The notes under the pieces are model-generated. The model saw nothing but the letters and a program-made list of their open reading frames with translations. It was not told the origin of the DNA and searched no databases. From positions 32,001 through 96,000 of IMG/VR virus record IMGVR_UViG_3300045988_103986: a stretch of 64,000 nucleotides of DNA; one strand, written 5' to 3'. Below, one piece after another: positions 30,826-41,324 of the stretch (its first letter is position 1; every line of letters starts with the position of its first letter). Made by a program: the position numbers and the translations under genes. The stretch comes from a virus.

Positions 30826-33800
30826 TCAGTACGGCCATGCTCCGTCAGACTTTGTGATGACGATTCTCGCGTCATCCGTACCTCCAACTTCGACCCAGGA
30901 AATTTTGGCTGTTTGTGCTTGCGTTGGAGAGTTGTCCATTGTGCTGACCTCAATAGCAGCACTTATCCGGATTCTCAGCAGATCACCCTTCCGGCTCTTC
31001 AGAAACAGCGTATTCCTCGTTGTTGACAGCTCCATTATCTCGTTCCGCAGGTTTACAGTGTCAGAATATTTTCCGTCGGAGATCGTTCCAATCAAACTCG
31101 TCAGCGTACCGCTCTTGTAGTTGAACGGTGCCGTCTGGACCGTCGGGTACTGTGTGAAGTTCTGCAAGATCTGAGGCGTGTTGTTGTTGCTGATATCCCC
31201 ACTGGACAGATTCTTTCCGAAGAAGAAAATCTTTTGCGGGTGGAAAACCCCGTTTGCGTCCTTCGTGCATGACAGAACAGACCAATTCCAAATACAGGTT
31301 GTGATTTGATTGCTGATAAGAGCAGCCGAGGACGCCGAGTCATTGATTCCGAACGCATAGTACGTATATGCCTCTGCGTTTTTGCTTCCACAGTCAATCA
31401 CGACGTTGCCGTCCTCCGGACTTGTGTCAAAGACATGCGTAAGGGTCAGACTTCCGGCCAGATAGCGATAAATCGCAAATTTGGTAAACCCGGTGTTTCC
31501 AAATCCTCCGCCATTCAGATCTGTGTCAAAGTCTGCGAAGAACTGCCCCGAAACGTCCGTCGGGTGGTATCTCGGTTCTGCCAAGATGTTATTCCGCACT
31601 GTGCTGGTCAGCTCGTTTTTACTTACCAATACATAGTCACACGTCTGCGAGCCCTCCATCTGCAGAGAAGTGAGTGAATCAAATGAGAAATCGAGAGGAA
31701 TTTCTGTTTTACTCACGAAGCCGGAAGACGTATATGCATTGGTGTTATCCACCCAAACAAAGCTTCCGCCGAACGCCAGTTTCACCATCGTTGGGTTGAC
31801 TGACGAAGATGCCGGGATTGGGCTATCGCACGCAGTCCAGTTGATCCCGTCTTTGCTCTTACCTGCGCTTCCAGCGTAGACCGACAGGAACCAACCTTGT
31901 GCGAATATGATGTTTGGCCCAGAGTGCTCATTGCTGTAAACGTCCCATGTGATTCCGTCATAGCTGCACAACGTTATCCGTGTGTTGTTGTCGCCGACGA
32001 TTACAAATCGATCACCGGAAAAACAAATATCATATAGAAATAAGACCGGTGAACTGACGGTATAGTGTGGCGTCAGTTCAACAACTGAAACGACTGTCCA
32101 ATTCATTAAATCTTTTGAGTAAGCGATTGCTCCACCGTTTGGTGCAGTGGCCTGTGGTGCAATCACAACATATACGCCATTGCCATACACAATCTTTCGC
32201 CAACCATTGTCAGCCGCAGGCATTGCTGATACAATCTCCCAACTTTCCCCGGTTTCTGAAACTGCAACGACGATGCCGCCGTCATTCATTCCGAAAAGTC
32301 CAACGAATTGGTTTTTTGCAAAGAACAAGTCAATCGGCTGTGCATTCGCAACGGCCTCGCTATCTTTCCACGCTTTCACGTCGGTGGAAACAAAAGAGTG
32401 CGTTCCAAATGGGGACACATAGGACAGCGCAACAAATTTTCCACCACCAAAACATGCCGGTTCATAAGGCGTAAAGCTGCCATAGCCGCCCGAGTTCCAG
32501 TTAACTCCATCATCGCTGTAAGCACTTTGATTGTACGAAAAGGCAACATACAGACCGTTGCCATATAAGACTTTGCTACTGGCGAACTGCACACTAGATT
32601 CGTGCTGTTCCCACGTCAGATCATCCGCATCTGTCGAAACGACAATTTTATGTCCTTCGTTGAGATGCAAAACACTGAGAATCTGCGTGCTTGGGAGGCT
32701 CAACGATGCCAGCACGCCGTCGTGCGCATGGATTTGCATCGAAGCCGACGTTGAGTCAGTTCCATACACGTTTGCTGCGCCATATGGCATTAAAAGCAGA
32801 TTTCCATTGCCATAACATCCAGCCCAGCAGGCATTTCCAAGCGGTATTGCATTCCAAGTCTCACCATCTGTGGAGGTGAAAATGTGGTTCTCCCCTGCGC
32901 AGCAAATGAACTGTGCGCCACTATAAAAGACATGCGCCCCATAAGATTCGCTGCTTCGCCCCAAGACATTCTTATAAACCGTCCAGTTCAAGCCGTCAGA
33001 GCTGACCATGACGTCCGAGCTATAGCCAACTGCGACGAAAAGCGTTCCGCCGAATGCTATATCGCTGGCGTGGATCATATTCTGAGTTGCAGAATGCCCC
33101 CACGACTCTCCATCATACGAATACACAACCGCGCCGTCTCCATGTTGTGGAATAGAAACATAGATTCCATTCCCAAGCACTGGCGCTGTATAGTCCCCGC
33201 TGAATACAGTGCTCCAGTTCTCCAGGTTCGAAGAAACGTCAACTGTCCACGCGTTCAGGTTGGACACAAAAAACTTACCGTCAACGAACGATACATCGGT
33301 AATCGCACCAATCTTCGTTTTCGCCGTCCACGTTGCTCCGTCGCTGCTGGTGGCAATATCACCCGCATAGGAGAAAGCGTAGAAAGTTTGGTTCGCATAG
33401 ATCACGAAACCCCATGCCGAAGATACAGGCAGTGTAGCTGCAGTCCACGTTTTCCCGTCAGTCGAGTAAGCCGCAGAGTCTGAGTTATACTGCAGCGCCA
33501 CATATTTGCCATTTCCGTAGGTGACAGACCGCCATTCCCCCGCGCTCGGCAGCTCTCCGTAAATTCTTGGATTCAGGTCCGGTGCGCTTACCTCAATACC
33601 GAGACTATCGTTCATAGGCTGGTTGACACTGATAGCAGTTTTTACAATTCCGCGATTGGAAGAAGCGAAGAACTTCCCATTCCCATAAAAAACAGAGTCA
33701 AACACCTCGTTGGAGTATCCGGTGTCCAGTTTCGTTGCCATCCAGTTCTTTGCGTCGTAGCTGTAGAATGCATAATTTTGTTGGGAGCCGTTATTGTACA

Positions 33801-35478
33801 AGACTATGAAGTAATCTCCGCCGTAGCAGACGGAGTAACTAGACACATAAAAGTGCTCTTCTATGCTAGGAAAGAAGTCCTGCGGCTTGACGTTGCTCCA
33901 ATCAGTTCCGTTCGTGGACACAAAAAATTCAGTGTTCGGATATATGGAAACCATCAGGTATATTCCGTTTCCGTAGCATAGCGCATTTGATTGAAATCTC
34001 TCTTCAAAACTGTGTATTTTCGTCCACGTTTTCCCGTCTTCTGACGTAAAAATGCTTGTTACTTCATTCTGTGAAGTGTTCGAATTGTAAGTGGCAAGCA
34101 TAAACTTCCCGTCACCAAAGGTGAGGCTATTTATACCAGCGCCACTGTCAATACCGACTGTGACCTCTTCCCACGTCACGCCATCACTGGATACGGCAAT
34201 TTTATTGCTTCCGTCGATTGCAGCAAAAACATTATTGCCAAAACAGAGCTGTTCGAGTTCTACTGTAATGGTCAGTGTGTGTGCTGTCCACGTGATTCCG
34301 TCTTCCGACGTCGCAGAATATCCAGCTTTAATCGCGACATATTTTCCGCTGCCATAAGCAACTTCGCCCCACCCGAGGAGATCTTGGCCGTTGTTCTGCG
34401 GTGGGTTCGCTTCTGCCCAAGTTGTTCCGTCTTCGCTGTAGTAAATACGGCCGCTTGTTGCAACGAACTTGTCTCCGTAGCAGCCATATGTCAGACGCTG
34501 GTTAAGTATCTGTTCAAAGGTGAACCGTTCCGCCACTCCGTTTTCTTGGAGGATCATTCCATTGGCATTTCCAAGGCCACGCCACGCCGCGTCGAACGGA
34601 GTTTCAAGGTTCATCTGCTCGCCATCTTGTTTTTCCCACTTCACGCTGGTTCCTTCCGGAAGTCGGAGGTAACTGTCCGAAACTGTGTATGATCCGCTTG
34701 CCTCGCCAGGAATATTTGTGACAGACGGGAACGTCAGTTTGACGCCACTCCCCTTTCCGCTTTGACAAGCAGTGAGTGTGCCGTTCAGCAGCTCAGATTG
34801 ATATTCAACAGCAAACTCAATCCAGCCCGTAGTGGTCTCAACACCGTTTTCCGTTTGCACAGAACATCTGACGGCATATGTGCTTCCAGTGAAGAATCCA
34901 TCGTAAGAAAATTGAAGTTGCGAGACCCCATAGAGTTTTCCGGTATCTTTAAGGACGTCATACGACGTTGAATTCTTCAGTGCAACTTCCCAACGGACCC
35001 AGTTCAGAACGTCTCCTTCAGCCTGCGCGTAAACAGCATAGAACGTGAACATCCGATATGGGACCGGATTTGGAAGTGTGGAGATTGTGAGCGTCGGCGC
35101 AGTGCGCGTAATAAACGCGCTTGCGCTGGACTGCGAAACCGAGTTGCTGTCCGACCACCATTGCGTAATGATAAGCTTATAATCATTCCCGTTCGTGATG
35201 CCGGCGCTCAAAAGCTGGCTGGCCGAGATAACGTAGCTGAAGTATTGCACGTTCCCCGCATAGTCCACGCCGTAGAACGGACAACCATCTGTTATCTTTC
35301 CGGTTGAAAACCGCTGCGTCGAAGTCGGATTGTTGTCGTATATCACGATCTGGAATGCAGTCAACGGCGAATTGCCGTTGACTTGCCAGCTAACAGTGAG
35401 ATTCCCGTTGGCATCGACAACACCGTTTCCGAGTGCGCCGGTCATGCTGGGATATACGTTGGTCGGCTGATAAAGCAT
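30826..35478 (-). CDS. giant tail protein: N-terminal Ig/FN3-like region, ~20 Asp-box (SxDGxTW) beta-propeller repeats, C-terminal distal-tail-like region
   Basis: ~1550 aa from ATG 35478 (RBS ggagga). Recurrent (Y/F)G(N/S)GK(F/Y)V...S(S/T)DG(I/V/K)TW units (SEDGITW, SSDGVTW, SEDGKTW, STDGKTW, SSDGATW, TDGETW...). Directly downstream of the tape measure. Confidence 0.7.
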   Translation of the reverse strand: MLYQPTNVYPSMTGALGNGVVDANGNLTVSWQVNGNSPLTAFQIVIYDNNPTSTQRFSTGKITDGCPFYGVDYAGNVQYFSYVISASQLLSAGITNGNDYKLIITQWWSDSNSVSQSSASAFITRTAPTLTISTLPNPVPYRMFTFYAVYAQAEGDVLNWVRWEVALKNSTSYDVLKDTGKLYGVSQLQFSYDGFFTGSTYAVRCSVQTENGVETTTGWIEFAVEYQSELLNGTLTACQSGKGSGVKLTFPSVTNIPGEASGSYTVSDSYLRLPEGTSVKWEKQDGEQMNLETPFDAAWRGLGNANGMILQENGVAERFTFEQILNQRLTYGCYGDKFVATSGRIYYSEDGTTWAEANPPQNNGQDLLGWGEVAYGSGKYVAIKAGYSATSEDGITWTAHTLTITVELEQLCFGNNVFAAIDGSNKIAVSSDGVTWEEVTVGIDSGAGINSLTFGDGKFMLATYNSNTSQNEVTSIFTSEDGKTWTKIHSFEERFQSNALCYGNGIYLMVSIYPNTEFFVSTNGTDWSNVKPQDFFPSIEEHFYVSSYSVCYGGDYFIVLYNNGSQQNYAFYSYDAKNWMATKLDTGYSNEVFDSVFYGNGKFFASSNRGIVKTAISVNQPMNDSLGIEVSAPDLNPRIYGELPSAGEWRSVTYGNGKYVALQYNSDSAAYSTDGKTWTAATLPVSSAWGFVIYANQTFYAFSYAGDIATSSDGATWTAKTKIGAITDVSFVDGKFFVSNLNAWTVDVSSNLENWSTVFSGDYTAPVLGNGIYVSIPQHGDGAVVYSYDGESWGHSATQNMIHASDIAFGGTLFVAVGYSSDVMVSSDGLNWTVYKNVLGRSSESYGAHVFYSGAQFICCAGENHIFTSTDGETWNAIPLGNACWAGCYGNGNLLLMPYGAANVYGTDSTSASMQIHAHDGVLASLSLPSTQILSVLHLNEGHKIVVSTDADDLTWEQHESSVQFASSKVLYGNGLYVAFSYNQSAYSDDGVNWNSGGYGSFTPYEPACFGGGKFVALSYVSPFGTHSFVSTDVKAWKDSEAVANAQPIDLFFAKNQFVGLFGMNDGGIVVAVSETGESWEIVSAMPAADNGWRKIVYGNGVYVVIAPQATAPNGGAIAYSKDLMNWTVVSVVELTPHYTVSSPVLFLYDICFSGDRFVIVGDNNTRITLCSYDGITWDVYSNEHSGPNIIFAQGWFLSVYAGSAGKSKDGINWTACDSPIPASSSVNPTMVKLAFGGSFVWVDNTNAYTSSGFVSKTEIPLDFSFDSLTSLQMEGSQTCDYVLVSKNELTSTVRNNILAEPRYHPTDVSGQFFADFDTDLNGGGFGNTGFTKFAIYRYLAGSLTLTHVFDTSPEDGNVVIDCGSKNAEAYTYYAFGINDSASSAALISNQITTCIWNWSVLSCTKDANGVFHPQKIFFFGKNLSSGDISNNNTPQILQNFTQYPTVQTAPFNYKSGTLTSLIGTISDGKYSDTVNLRNEIMELSTTRNTLFLKSRKGDLLRIRISAAIEVSTMDNSPTQAQTAKISWVEVGGTDDARIVITKSDGAWPY

Positions 35479-35500
35479 GTTCTGTGTCCTCCGTTTCGTA

Positions 35501-38500
35501 TTAGCTGAAGTTCCCAAGCCCGAGCGCGAGATCCGCAAAGCGCTTGACACTCATGTTGCTTGCCTGCTGTTCACTGATCGTCACGCTGCCGAACTGATAC
35601 GTGTTTCCGTTGTGCTGAGTGCCAATGCTATGGTTGTCATAGGAAGCCGTGGAGACCGTTTCAGCCTCGTGTTTCGTACTCAGGCAACTCCGCAGCGCAT
35701 CCATATTGCGGTCGAAGTTCGCGTCTCTGACAGGCGACAGGAGCCGTTTCTTGAGCAGTTCCGTCACATCAGGAGGTGTGACACCTTCGTCCTGCATGGT
35801 CGCCTTGATGCCGCCCATGCCGTGCAGGATGCCGCCCTGGTCATAAACCGTGTAGTGACGGCCGTACCGGTCTGTAATGGAAGTTGTACCATCCGCGTTT
35901 TTGACCCAGTAAGACTTATCTCCGCCGGTCATGGACGCGCCAGCCGGTTTATTGTTCAGGAAGTCAAGGCCGCTCGCGCTGGAGATCTTGTAGCGCTCTC
36001 CCTGCCCATCATCGGGCTCTGCGTAGACAACACCAGAATACCGTTGACCGCCGTTCGTGGTGTCACCCGTGGTATCACCGGTGGTCTGGTTGGGATTGAC
36101 CGTATAGGAAACGCCGTCCTTATCCACAATGGTGACAGTTCCGTCGGGATTCTTTGTCCATGTTGAACCATCGCCGCCGGTCATGGTAGACCCTGCAGGC
36201 GCGTTGTTTACGAAGTCAATGCCCTTGTCACTACCAATTTCATACTTGCTTCCGTTGGAAGAAAGACCATACAGTTTCTTGGCCGTTTCCTTGACCGCAT
36301 CGGAAAGCTCCGAAACATCAAATCCGAACTGTTTGAAAAGCTCTGCGTTTTCCTGAATAATCTTCTTGAGCTCCGGCGTGGCGTTCTTCCAGATATCCTG
36401 CAGGATTTCGCCGATTCCACGCGTCTTCTCTTTCAGAGATTTCAGGAAGTTGTTGTAGCTCTTTTCGAGCGCATCGTACTGCGCGTTTATAGCGTCCTTC
36501 TTGGCTTCCAGTTCGGCCAGCGCGGCTTCGTAGGCCATGTTTGCCTTGAAGTCTTCGAGATCCTTTTTGGCGTCATCCAACGCTTCTTGCGCACTGTCCA
36601 CTTCCTTCTGGTCCGCCACCCACTCCCACTGACCGGTGCGAGCGTTGTACTGCCGGATGGTTCGCTCATTTTGTGCATTGGCAAGCTTGGCCTGTGCCTG
36701 CTGGACGGCGAGGATTTTTTCTTCGAGGTCCAACTGCTCGTCGCGGGTGTCTTTCTGCTGTTTGAGCGCATCAATCTGCGCGTCGATGGCATCCAGCTCA
36801 TTTTGCCGCTGGTCAGAGAGGTCGGAGAGTTTGTCGGACATGACGTCCTGCAGTTCGCTCAAAAGCTCATCTGTACTTTTAAGCGTGCCATTGATTTTCT
36901 CTTGCCACTCCCACCATTCGGCAGAAAGCGCGTTGATATCCGCTTGACTGCCTCCGATGGACCGCAGATACTGTGCCTGCGCATGAAGCGCCTGCTGGAT
37001 CTGCCGCATTTTGTCCTTCTGCGTGTCTTCGCTGGCATTCTGCTTTTCCAGCAAGGTCAGCTCGGACTTCAGAAGTTCGACTTTCTGTTTATGCGCTTCA
37101 AGGTTTGCATCGGAAGAGCTGCCTCCGCCGCCACCGGTCGAAGTCCCGGTATAGTCGGAGGTGTACTTTGAAAGCTCCTCCATCTGCTTTTTGTATTCTT
37201 CCTGCTGTTTTTTGTAATACTCGGAAGACTTGTTCAGCAGATATTGAGAAGACCACTGCGCGTAATCCTCTGCGTCCTTCTTCCAGTTCTTCCCCGTCTG
37301 CTGGTTGAACAGACGGCGCATATTGAACTCTTGATTCTCGGCTGACCACGTATTCGTTGTCAGCCCCGGAATCAAGCCGATCATCTGCTGAAGCTGCTGA
37401 GAAGTAATGATTGCAGAAGAACCAACCGCCTGAATCTGGGCAATCAGATTGTTATAGTTTGCGGTCGCAGCCGCATTTTGCAGTTCGAGCTCCTTCTTTG
37501 CAAGATCTGCGAGGGCGGTGTTGGTCGTGAGAGCCTTTTTCGCGTGCTCGGTCAATTTTCCGTTCGCGTCGAACAGAGACTTCGTGAGCTTTGCAGCAGC
37601 GGTGTTTTCGTTGTAGGTAGCGACCTCGACTTCTTCGAGAGAATCTGCAAGTTTGTCCGCGCCGTCCGCAGCACCGGTCTCCGCCGTTTTGAGTTTGAGC
37701 GTACCGTCTGTGGCGGTCTCCACTTCATTGCTCATCTCGCGGATATTCGGGTTTACCAGCCCGATGTGTTGCGCAAACCTCAGTGCTTCCGCCGCAGAGA
37801 TTCCCAAGGCATTACCAATAGTGACGACAATCTCCGCAGGATTATCATATTCTTTGAGAGACACGAAAGCTGCAACCATCGATTCAAACGAATCAACGTA
37901 GTGCTGCTGCTCGACAGTCAGGTCTTTAAGACCCTTGAGATATTTGTATCTACCGTCGTCTGCATCAATGAAAGCCTGATATTGTTCTTTCATGGTCTGG
38001 CTCATCTGAGTGCCAGACGATTTCGCTTGGGAAATGTACTGTGTGACCTGGTCCATGCCGGTCGCCTGAGACTCGGCGAACTTGTCCGCGCTGACAGTCA
38101 CTTCGTCGAAGGTTATTCCAATCTGACGAAGCGCCTTTTCCATTTCCTCATATGCTTTTGCTGTGTTGCCGGATTCAATAAGTTCAGCTATTTTCTTCTT
38201 CGACGTCTCGCTGATATAATCATCAAATGCAGAAATGTTGGCGCGAACGGCCTCTTCGACATTGTTATATTCAGTTGTGAGCGCTTTAAGCTGCTCTTGT
38301 GTCAGTTTGATCGAACGGACATTTGTGCCACCACTAGACAGATTTATGCGGCTTTCGCCCTTCTCATTTTGGGAAATATCTCCTGCATAAGAGATGGCTG
38401 TTGTAACGTCCGCAGAAAATGCCTTTTCAGCTGTTCTATTCGCCTCATTTTTCCGGAGTTCAAGAAGATATTCATACGCATCTATCGTTTGCTGAAGCTC

Positions 38501-40729
38501 TTCTTTTTCCTTCCGCCATTCCTCCCCTCGTTCTGCGTAAGGAGTCTGGTTGAGCTCATCGAGTTTTTCCTTTGCTTCCGCCAAATTGGCAGATGTTTCT
38601 TTTACCTGTTCCGATAAATCATGGAATGACTCAATTAGATTCTCGTACTTCTGAGACTCTGCATAATCATTGAGCGCCTTTATTCCCGCAACAACGACGC
38701 CAATAGCTACACCAATAGCTACAATCGTTCCAAGCGTGGGATTTGAAAATAATTTGACAGCACCGGACGCAAAAGCTCCTGACGTTTTCAAACTGTTCAG
38801 GGTTACAAGCAGCCCATCAAGTGCCACGCCGGCTTTTTGGAAAGCAATTATAGCTTTGTAGAGGGCTGTTATCGATACTGCCACGCCGGCTACCGTAGCC
38901 ATGAACTTTCCGAATCCGCTGTCAAGCGCCTCGACGAGTTTAATCAGTCCGTCAAGGGCACCTTTTATCAAGTCGGTGTCCGTCATGTGGCTGATGAATT
39001 CCGTCCACTTGTTCTTGAGAATATTGGTCTTACTTTCCCAAGAATTCAGCATAATGCTGACTTCTTTGTCAGCGCTGCCGGCAGACTCCGCGACCTTATC
39101 CAGCATCGCGGCGTACATATCATAGTTCTTGATAAGCGCGTCGAGCTGATTGGTGCGGAGTTTGCCGCCAAGATCGGATTCAAGGCTTGCCAGCTCTGAT
39201 TGGGTCAAGAGTCCGTCCTTGTACGCTTTGGAAAGGCTTGCGATTGCCTGCATGGGGTCTACGAGTTTTCCGGACGCCTGCGCGGCCTTCATCGCGTCTT
39301 CAGCATAAATCCAGAGGGCGTCGTTGAGGCTGTTGATTTCTTCCTTTGTCCAAGAAACGCCGTCTTCAATTTCCGTCTCGGTGTCACCGATGATGTTCAG
39401 AATCAGCGCACGGAGAGCCGTCGCAGCCTTTGTACCGGACTCCTGCGTGACTGCGGTGATCGTGCCGAGCGCCGCCATCAGTTCATCGATGGACATATTC
39501 GCCATCGATGCAACGTTCGCAACAATCGGGAAGCCTTCGGCCATCTTCTGAATGGACGTGGCGTAGTTGTTTTCAATTTCGTTAGCTTTGTCGAGAACAT
39601 CGTTGAGTTCTTCAACATTGCCCTTCATCTGGTACGCCGCATCGGCCGAAAGAATGAACTGGTTCGCAATATCAGAGGTCACGTCGCCGACGAGCTGCGT
39701 CTTCGTTGCCAGCTCTGCCATGTCTTCTGACATTTCTTTATAGCCAGCCTTTGCGAATGTGCCGACAGATTCCAGATAGTCGGTGACAGCAACGCCGTAC
39801 TTGGATGCAGCCTCATACGCTGTATTGCCCAGTTTCTCCATTTCGGCGGCAGTGTTGCCAGTAACCTTCTGGATAGCCGTCATTTCCGTATCGACCTGTT
39901 TCATCGTATCGATAGCTTCAGTAAACGACCGCTTTACCTTTGCAACAGCCGCATTTACGACCTGCCAGACGGTGATTTTACCGACAATGTGGCTGAACGT
40001 GTCACCAAGGACATTGGTGGAGTTTGTGAGCTTATCCGTCTCGTTGCGGGTCTGCGCGTAGTTTGCACGAAGGTTTTTCAGCGAACCAGAAGCATCCTTT
40101 ACGCCAGCGACAAATTCCTTATCGCTGATAGCACCGCTTTTCCAGCTGCTATACAGGTTTTCGAGTGCAGCACTCGCCTGTTTTGCGTCGGATTCTATTT
40201 CAGAGAATGTACCGGTTGGATATTTCTCTGCTGCGGATTTCATCTGCAAGCCGAGGTCTGCAAAGCCTTTGCGGAGTGTATCGACCTTGGATGCAGCGTT
40301 TTCAGTTTCTTTTGCCTGTTCTTTCGCAGCCTTCTCAGCCTTTTCAGCGGCTTTCTGCGCCGCTTTTGCCATCGCATCGTAGTTGGTAGTTGCCTTTGTC
40401 TGAACCGTCGTGTACTGCTGCGTTTCTTCGTCCAGAGTCCGAATAATCTCAGTAGTCCGGCCAAGCCCTTCGTTGACGGTTTCAATCGTTCTGGTCGGTG
40501 CGCCATCTGCTGCGCCAGCCCAAACCTTTGTAAACTTTCCGCTCAGACCATCGACATTCTGCGTAATAGCCTGCACAGAGGTATTGAATCGATTGATTGC
40601 TTCCAGTCCGGAGGAATCAACAGTGAGTTTCAGTTTCTGATCCTTCAGGCCGTTTACATCCTTCACCAGCGAATCAAGCTGCGTGCGGATAACCTCTACC
40701 TGAAGTTGAACCTTTTCAAAATCTGCCAT
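35501..40729 (-). CDS. tail tape measure protein
   Basis: 1742 aa, largely coiled-coil, with a central hydrophobic/Gly-rich stretch (VAGVAVSITALY...GTIVAIGVAIGVVVAGI). Position fits between the tail genes and the distal tail proteins. Confidence 0.85.
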   Translation of the reverse strand: MADFEKVQLQVEVIRTQLDSLVKDVNGLKDQKLKLTVDSSGLEAINRFNTSVQAITQNVDGLSGKFTKVWAGAADGAPTRTIETVNEGLGRTTEIIRTLDEETQQYTTVQTKATTNYDAMAKAAQKAAEKAEKAAKEQAKETENAASKVDTLRKGFADLGLQMKSAAEKYPTGTFSEIESDAKQASAALENLYSSWKSGAISDKEFVAGVKDASGSLKNLRANYAQTRNETDKLTNSTNVLGDTFSHIVGKITVWQVVNAAVAKVKRSFTEAIDTMKQVDTEMTAIQKVTGNTAAEMEKLGNTAYEAASKYGVAVTDYLESVGTFAKAGYKEMSEDMAELATKTQLVGDVTSDIANQFILSADAAYQMKGNVEELNDVLDKANEIENNYATSIQKMAEGFPIVANVASMANMSIDELMAALGTITAVTQESGTKAATALRALILNIIGDTETEIEDGVSWTKEEINSLNDALWIYAEDAMKAAQASGKLVDPMQAIASLSKAYKDGLLTQSELASLESDLGGKLRTNQLDALIKNYDMYAAMLDKVAESAGSADKEVSIMLNSWESKTNILKNKWTEFISHMTDTDLIKGALDGLIKLVEALDSGFGKFMATVAGVAVSITALYKAIIAFQKAGVALDGLLVTLNSLKTSGAFASGAVKLFSNPTLGTIVAIGVAIGVVVAGIKALNDYAESQKYENLIESFHDLSEQVKETSANLAEAKEKLDELNQTPYAERGEEWRKEKEELQQTIDAYEYLLELRKNEANRTAEKAFSADVTTAISYAGDISQNEKGESRINLSSGGTNVRSIKLTQEQLKALTTEYNNVEEAVRANISAFDDYISETSKKKIAELIESGNTAKAYEEMEKALRQIGITFDEVTVSADKFAESQATGMDQVTQYISQAKSSGTQMSQTMKEQYQAFIDADDGRYKYLKGLKDLTVEQQHYVDSFESMVAAFVSLKEYDNPAEIVVTIGNALGISAAEALRFAQHIGLVNPNIREMSNEVETATDGTLKLKTAETGAADGADKLADSLEEVEVATYNENTAAAKLTKSLFDANGKLTEHAKKALTTNTALADLAKKELELQNAAATANYNNLIAQIQAVGSSAIITSQQLQQMIGLIPGLTTNTWSAENQEFNMRRLFNQQTGKNWKKDAEDYAQWSSQYLLNKSSEYYKKQQEEYKKQMEELSKYTSDYTGTSTGGGGGSSSDANLEAHKQKVELLKSELTLLEKQNASEDTQKDKMRQIQQALHAQAQYLRSIGGSQADINALSAEWWEWQEKINGTLKSTDELLSELQDVMSDKLSDLSDQRQNELDAIDAQIDALKQQKDTRDEQLDLEEKILAVQQAQAKLANAQNERTIRQYNARTGQWEWVADQKEVDSAQEALDDAKKDLEDFKANMAYEAALAELEAKKDAINAQYDALEKSYNNFLKSLKEKTRGIGEILQDIWKNATPELKKIIQENAELFKQFGFDVSELSDAVKETAKKLYGLSSNGSKYEIGSDKGIDFVNNAPAGSTMTGGDGSTWTKNPDGTVTIVDKDGVSYTVNPNQTTGDTTGDTTNGGQRYSGVVYAEPDDGQGERYKISSASGLDFLNNKPAGASMTGGDKSYWVKNADGTTSITDRYGRHYTVYDQGGILHGMGGIKATMQDEGVTPPDVTELLKKRLLSPVRDANFDRNMDALRSCLSTKHEAETVSTASYDNHSIGTQHNGNTYQFGSVTISEQQASNMSVKRFADLALGLGNFS

Positions 40730-40744
40730 TCAATCTTCCTCCTT

Positions 40745-41209
40745 TCACTTGGGGTCGAATCCGTCTCTTTTGAGCTGATACCGGAGAGCGTCAGAGAACA
40801 TACCCTCACGCATTACCATGCTCTGCGCTTCTTTGTGGAACGGACGCGCCTGCTTCGTTTTGTAGATCGTCGACTTTTTCCACTGATATCCCTTGCCGCT
40901 TTCTACAACCGGCGCAATCAAACGTCCGGTATCATCGTCACGGCTCATGTTCTGGACTTCCAACATCATGGTCTCAGGGTCATACTTCGACTCCATAACG
41001 TTCCAGTCCTGAAGGCCACCACTCTTCCCTACCTCGTCGCGGCGTATGTACGGAAGATAATCTCCGCGCTCGTAGACGTCGTAGACTTCTGTCTGAACGG
41101 CTTCAACAATGGCCGCTTTCACGCTGTCCGTCACAGGACCTTCTATTGCTCTGTGGATGGATTGGTCGAGCGCGGCATTGAATTTAATCACAAAATCTTC
41201 AATCGACAT
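40745..41209 (-). CDS. hypothetical tail-module protein
   Basis: RBS aggagg, then ATG 41209 (MSIEDFVIKFNAALDQ...). Lies between the putative tube and the tape measure. Confidence 0.5.
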   Translation of the reverse strand: MSIEDFVIKFNAALDQSIHRAIEGPVTDSVKAAIVEAVQTEVYDVYERGDYLPYIRRDEVGKSGGLQDWNVMESKYDPETMMLEVQNMSRDDDTGRLIAPVVESGKGYQWKKSTIYKTKQARPFHKEAQSMVMREGMFSDALRYQLKRDGFDPK

Positions 41210-41324
41210 ATCTGCCTCCTGAATGCGAAAAATGCGCAAGCCTACCAACATCTCGCTTGCACTGAATATTGATCGGTTTGCGCATTTCCCGGAGGGGATT
41301 TCTCCCCTCCGAGTAGCAGGTTAT

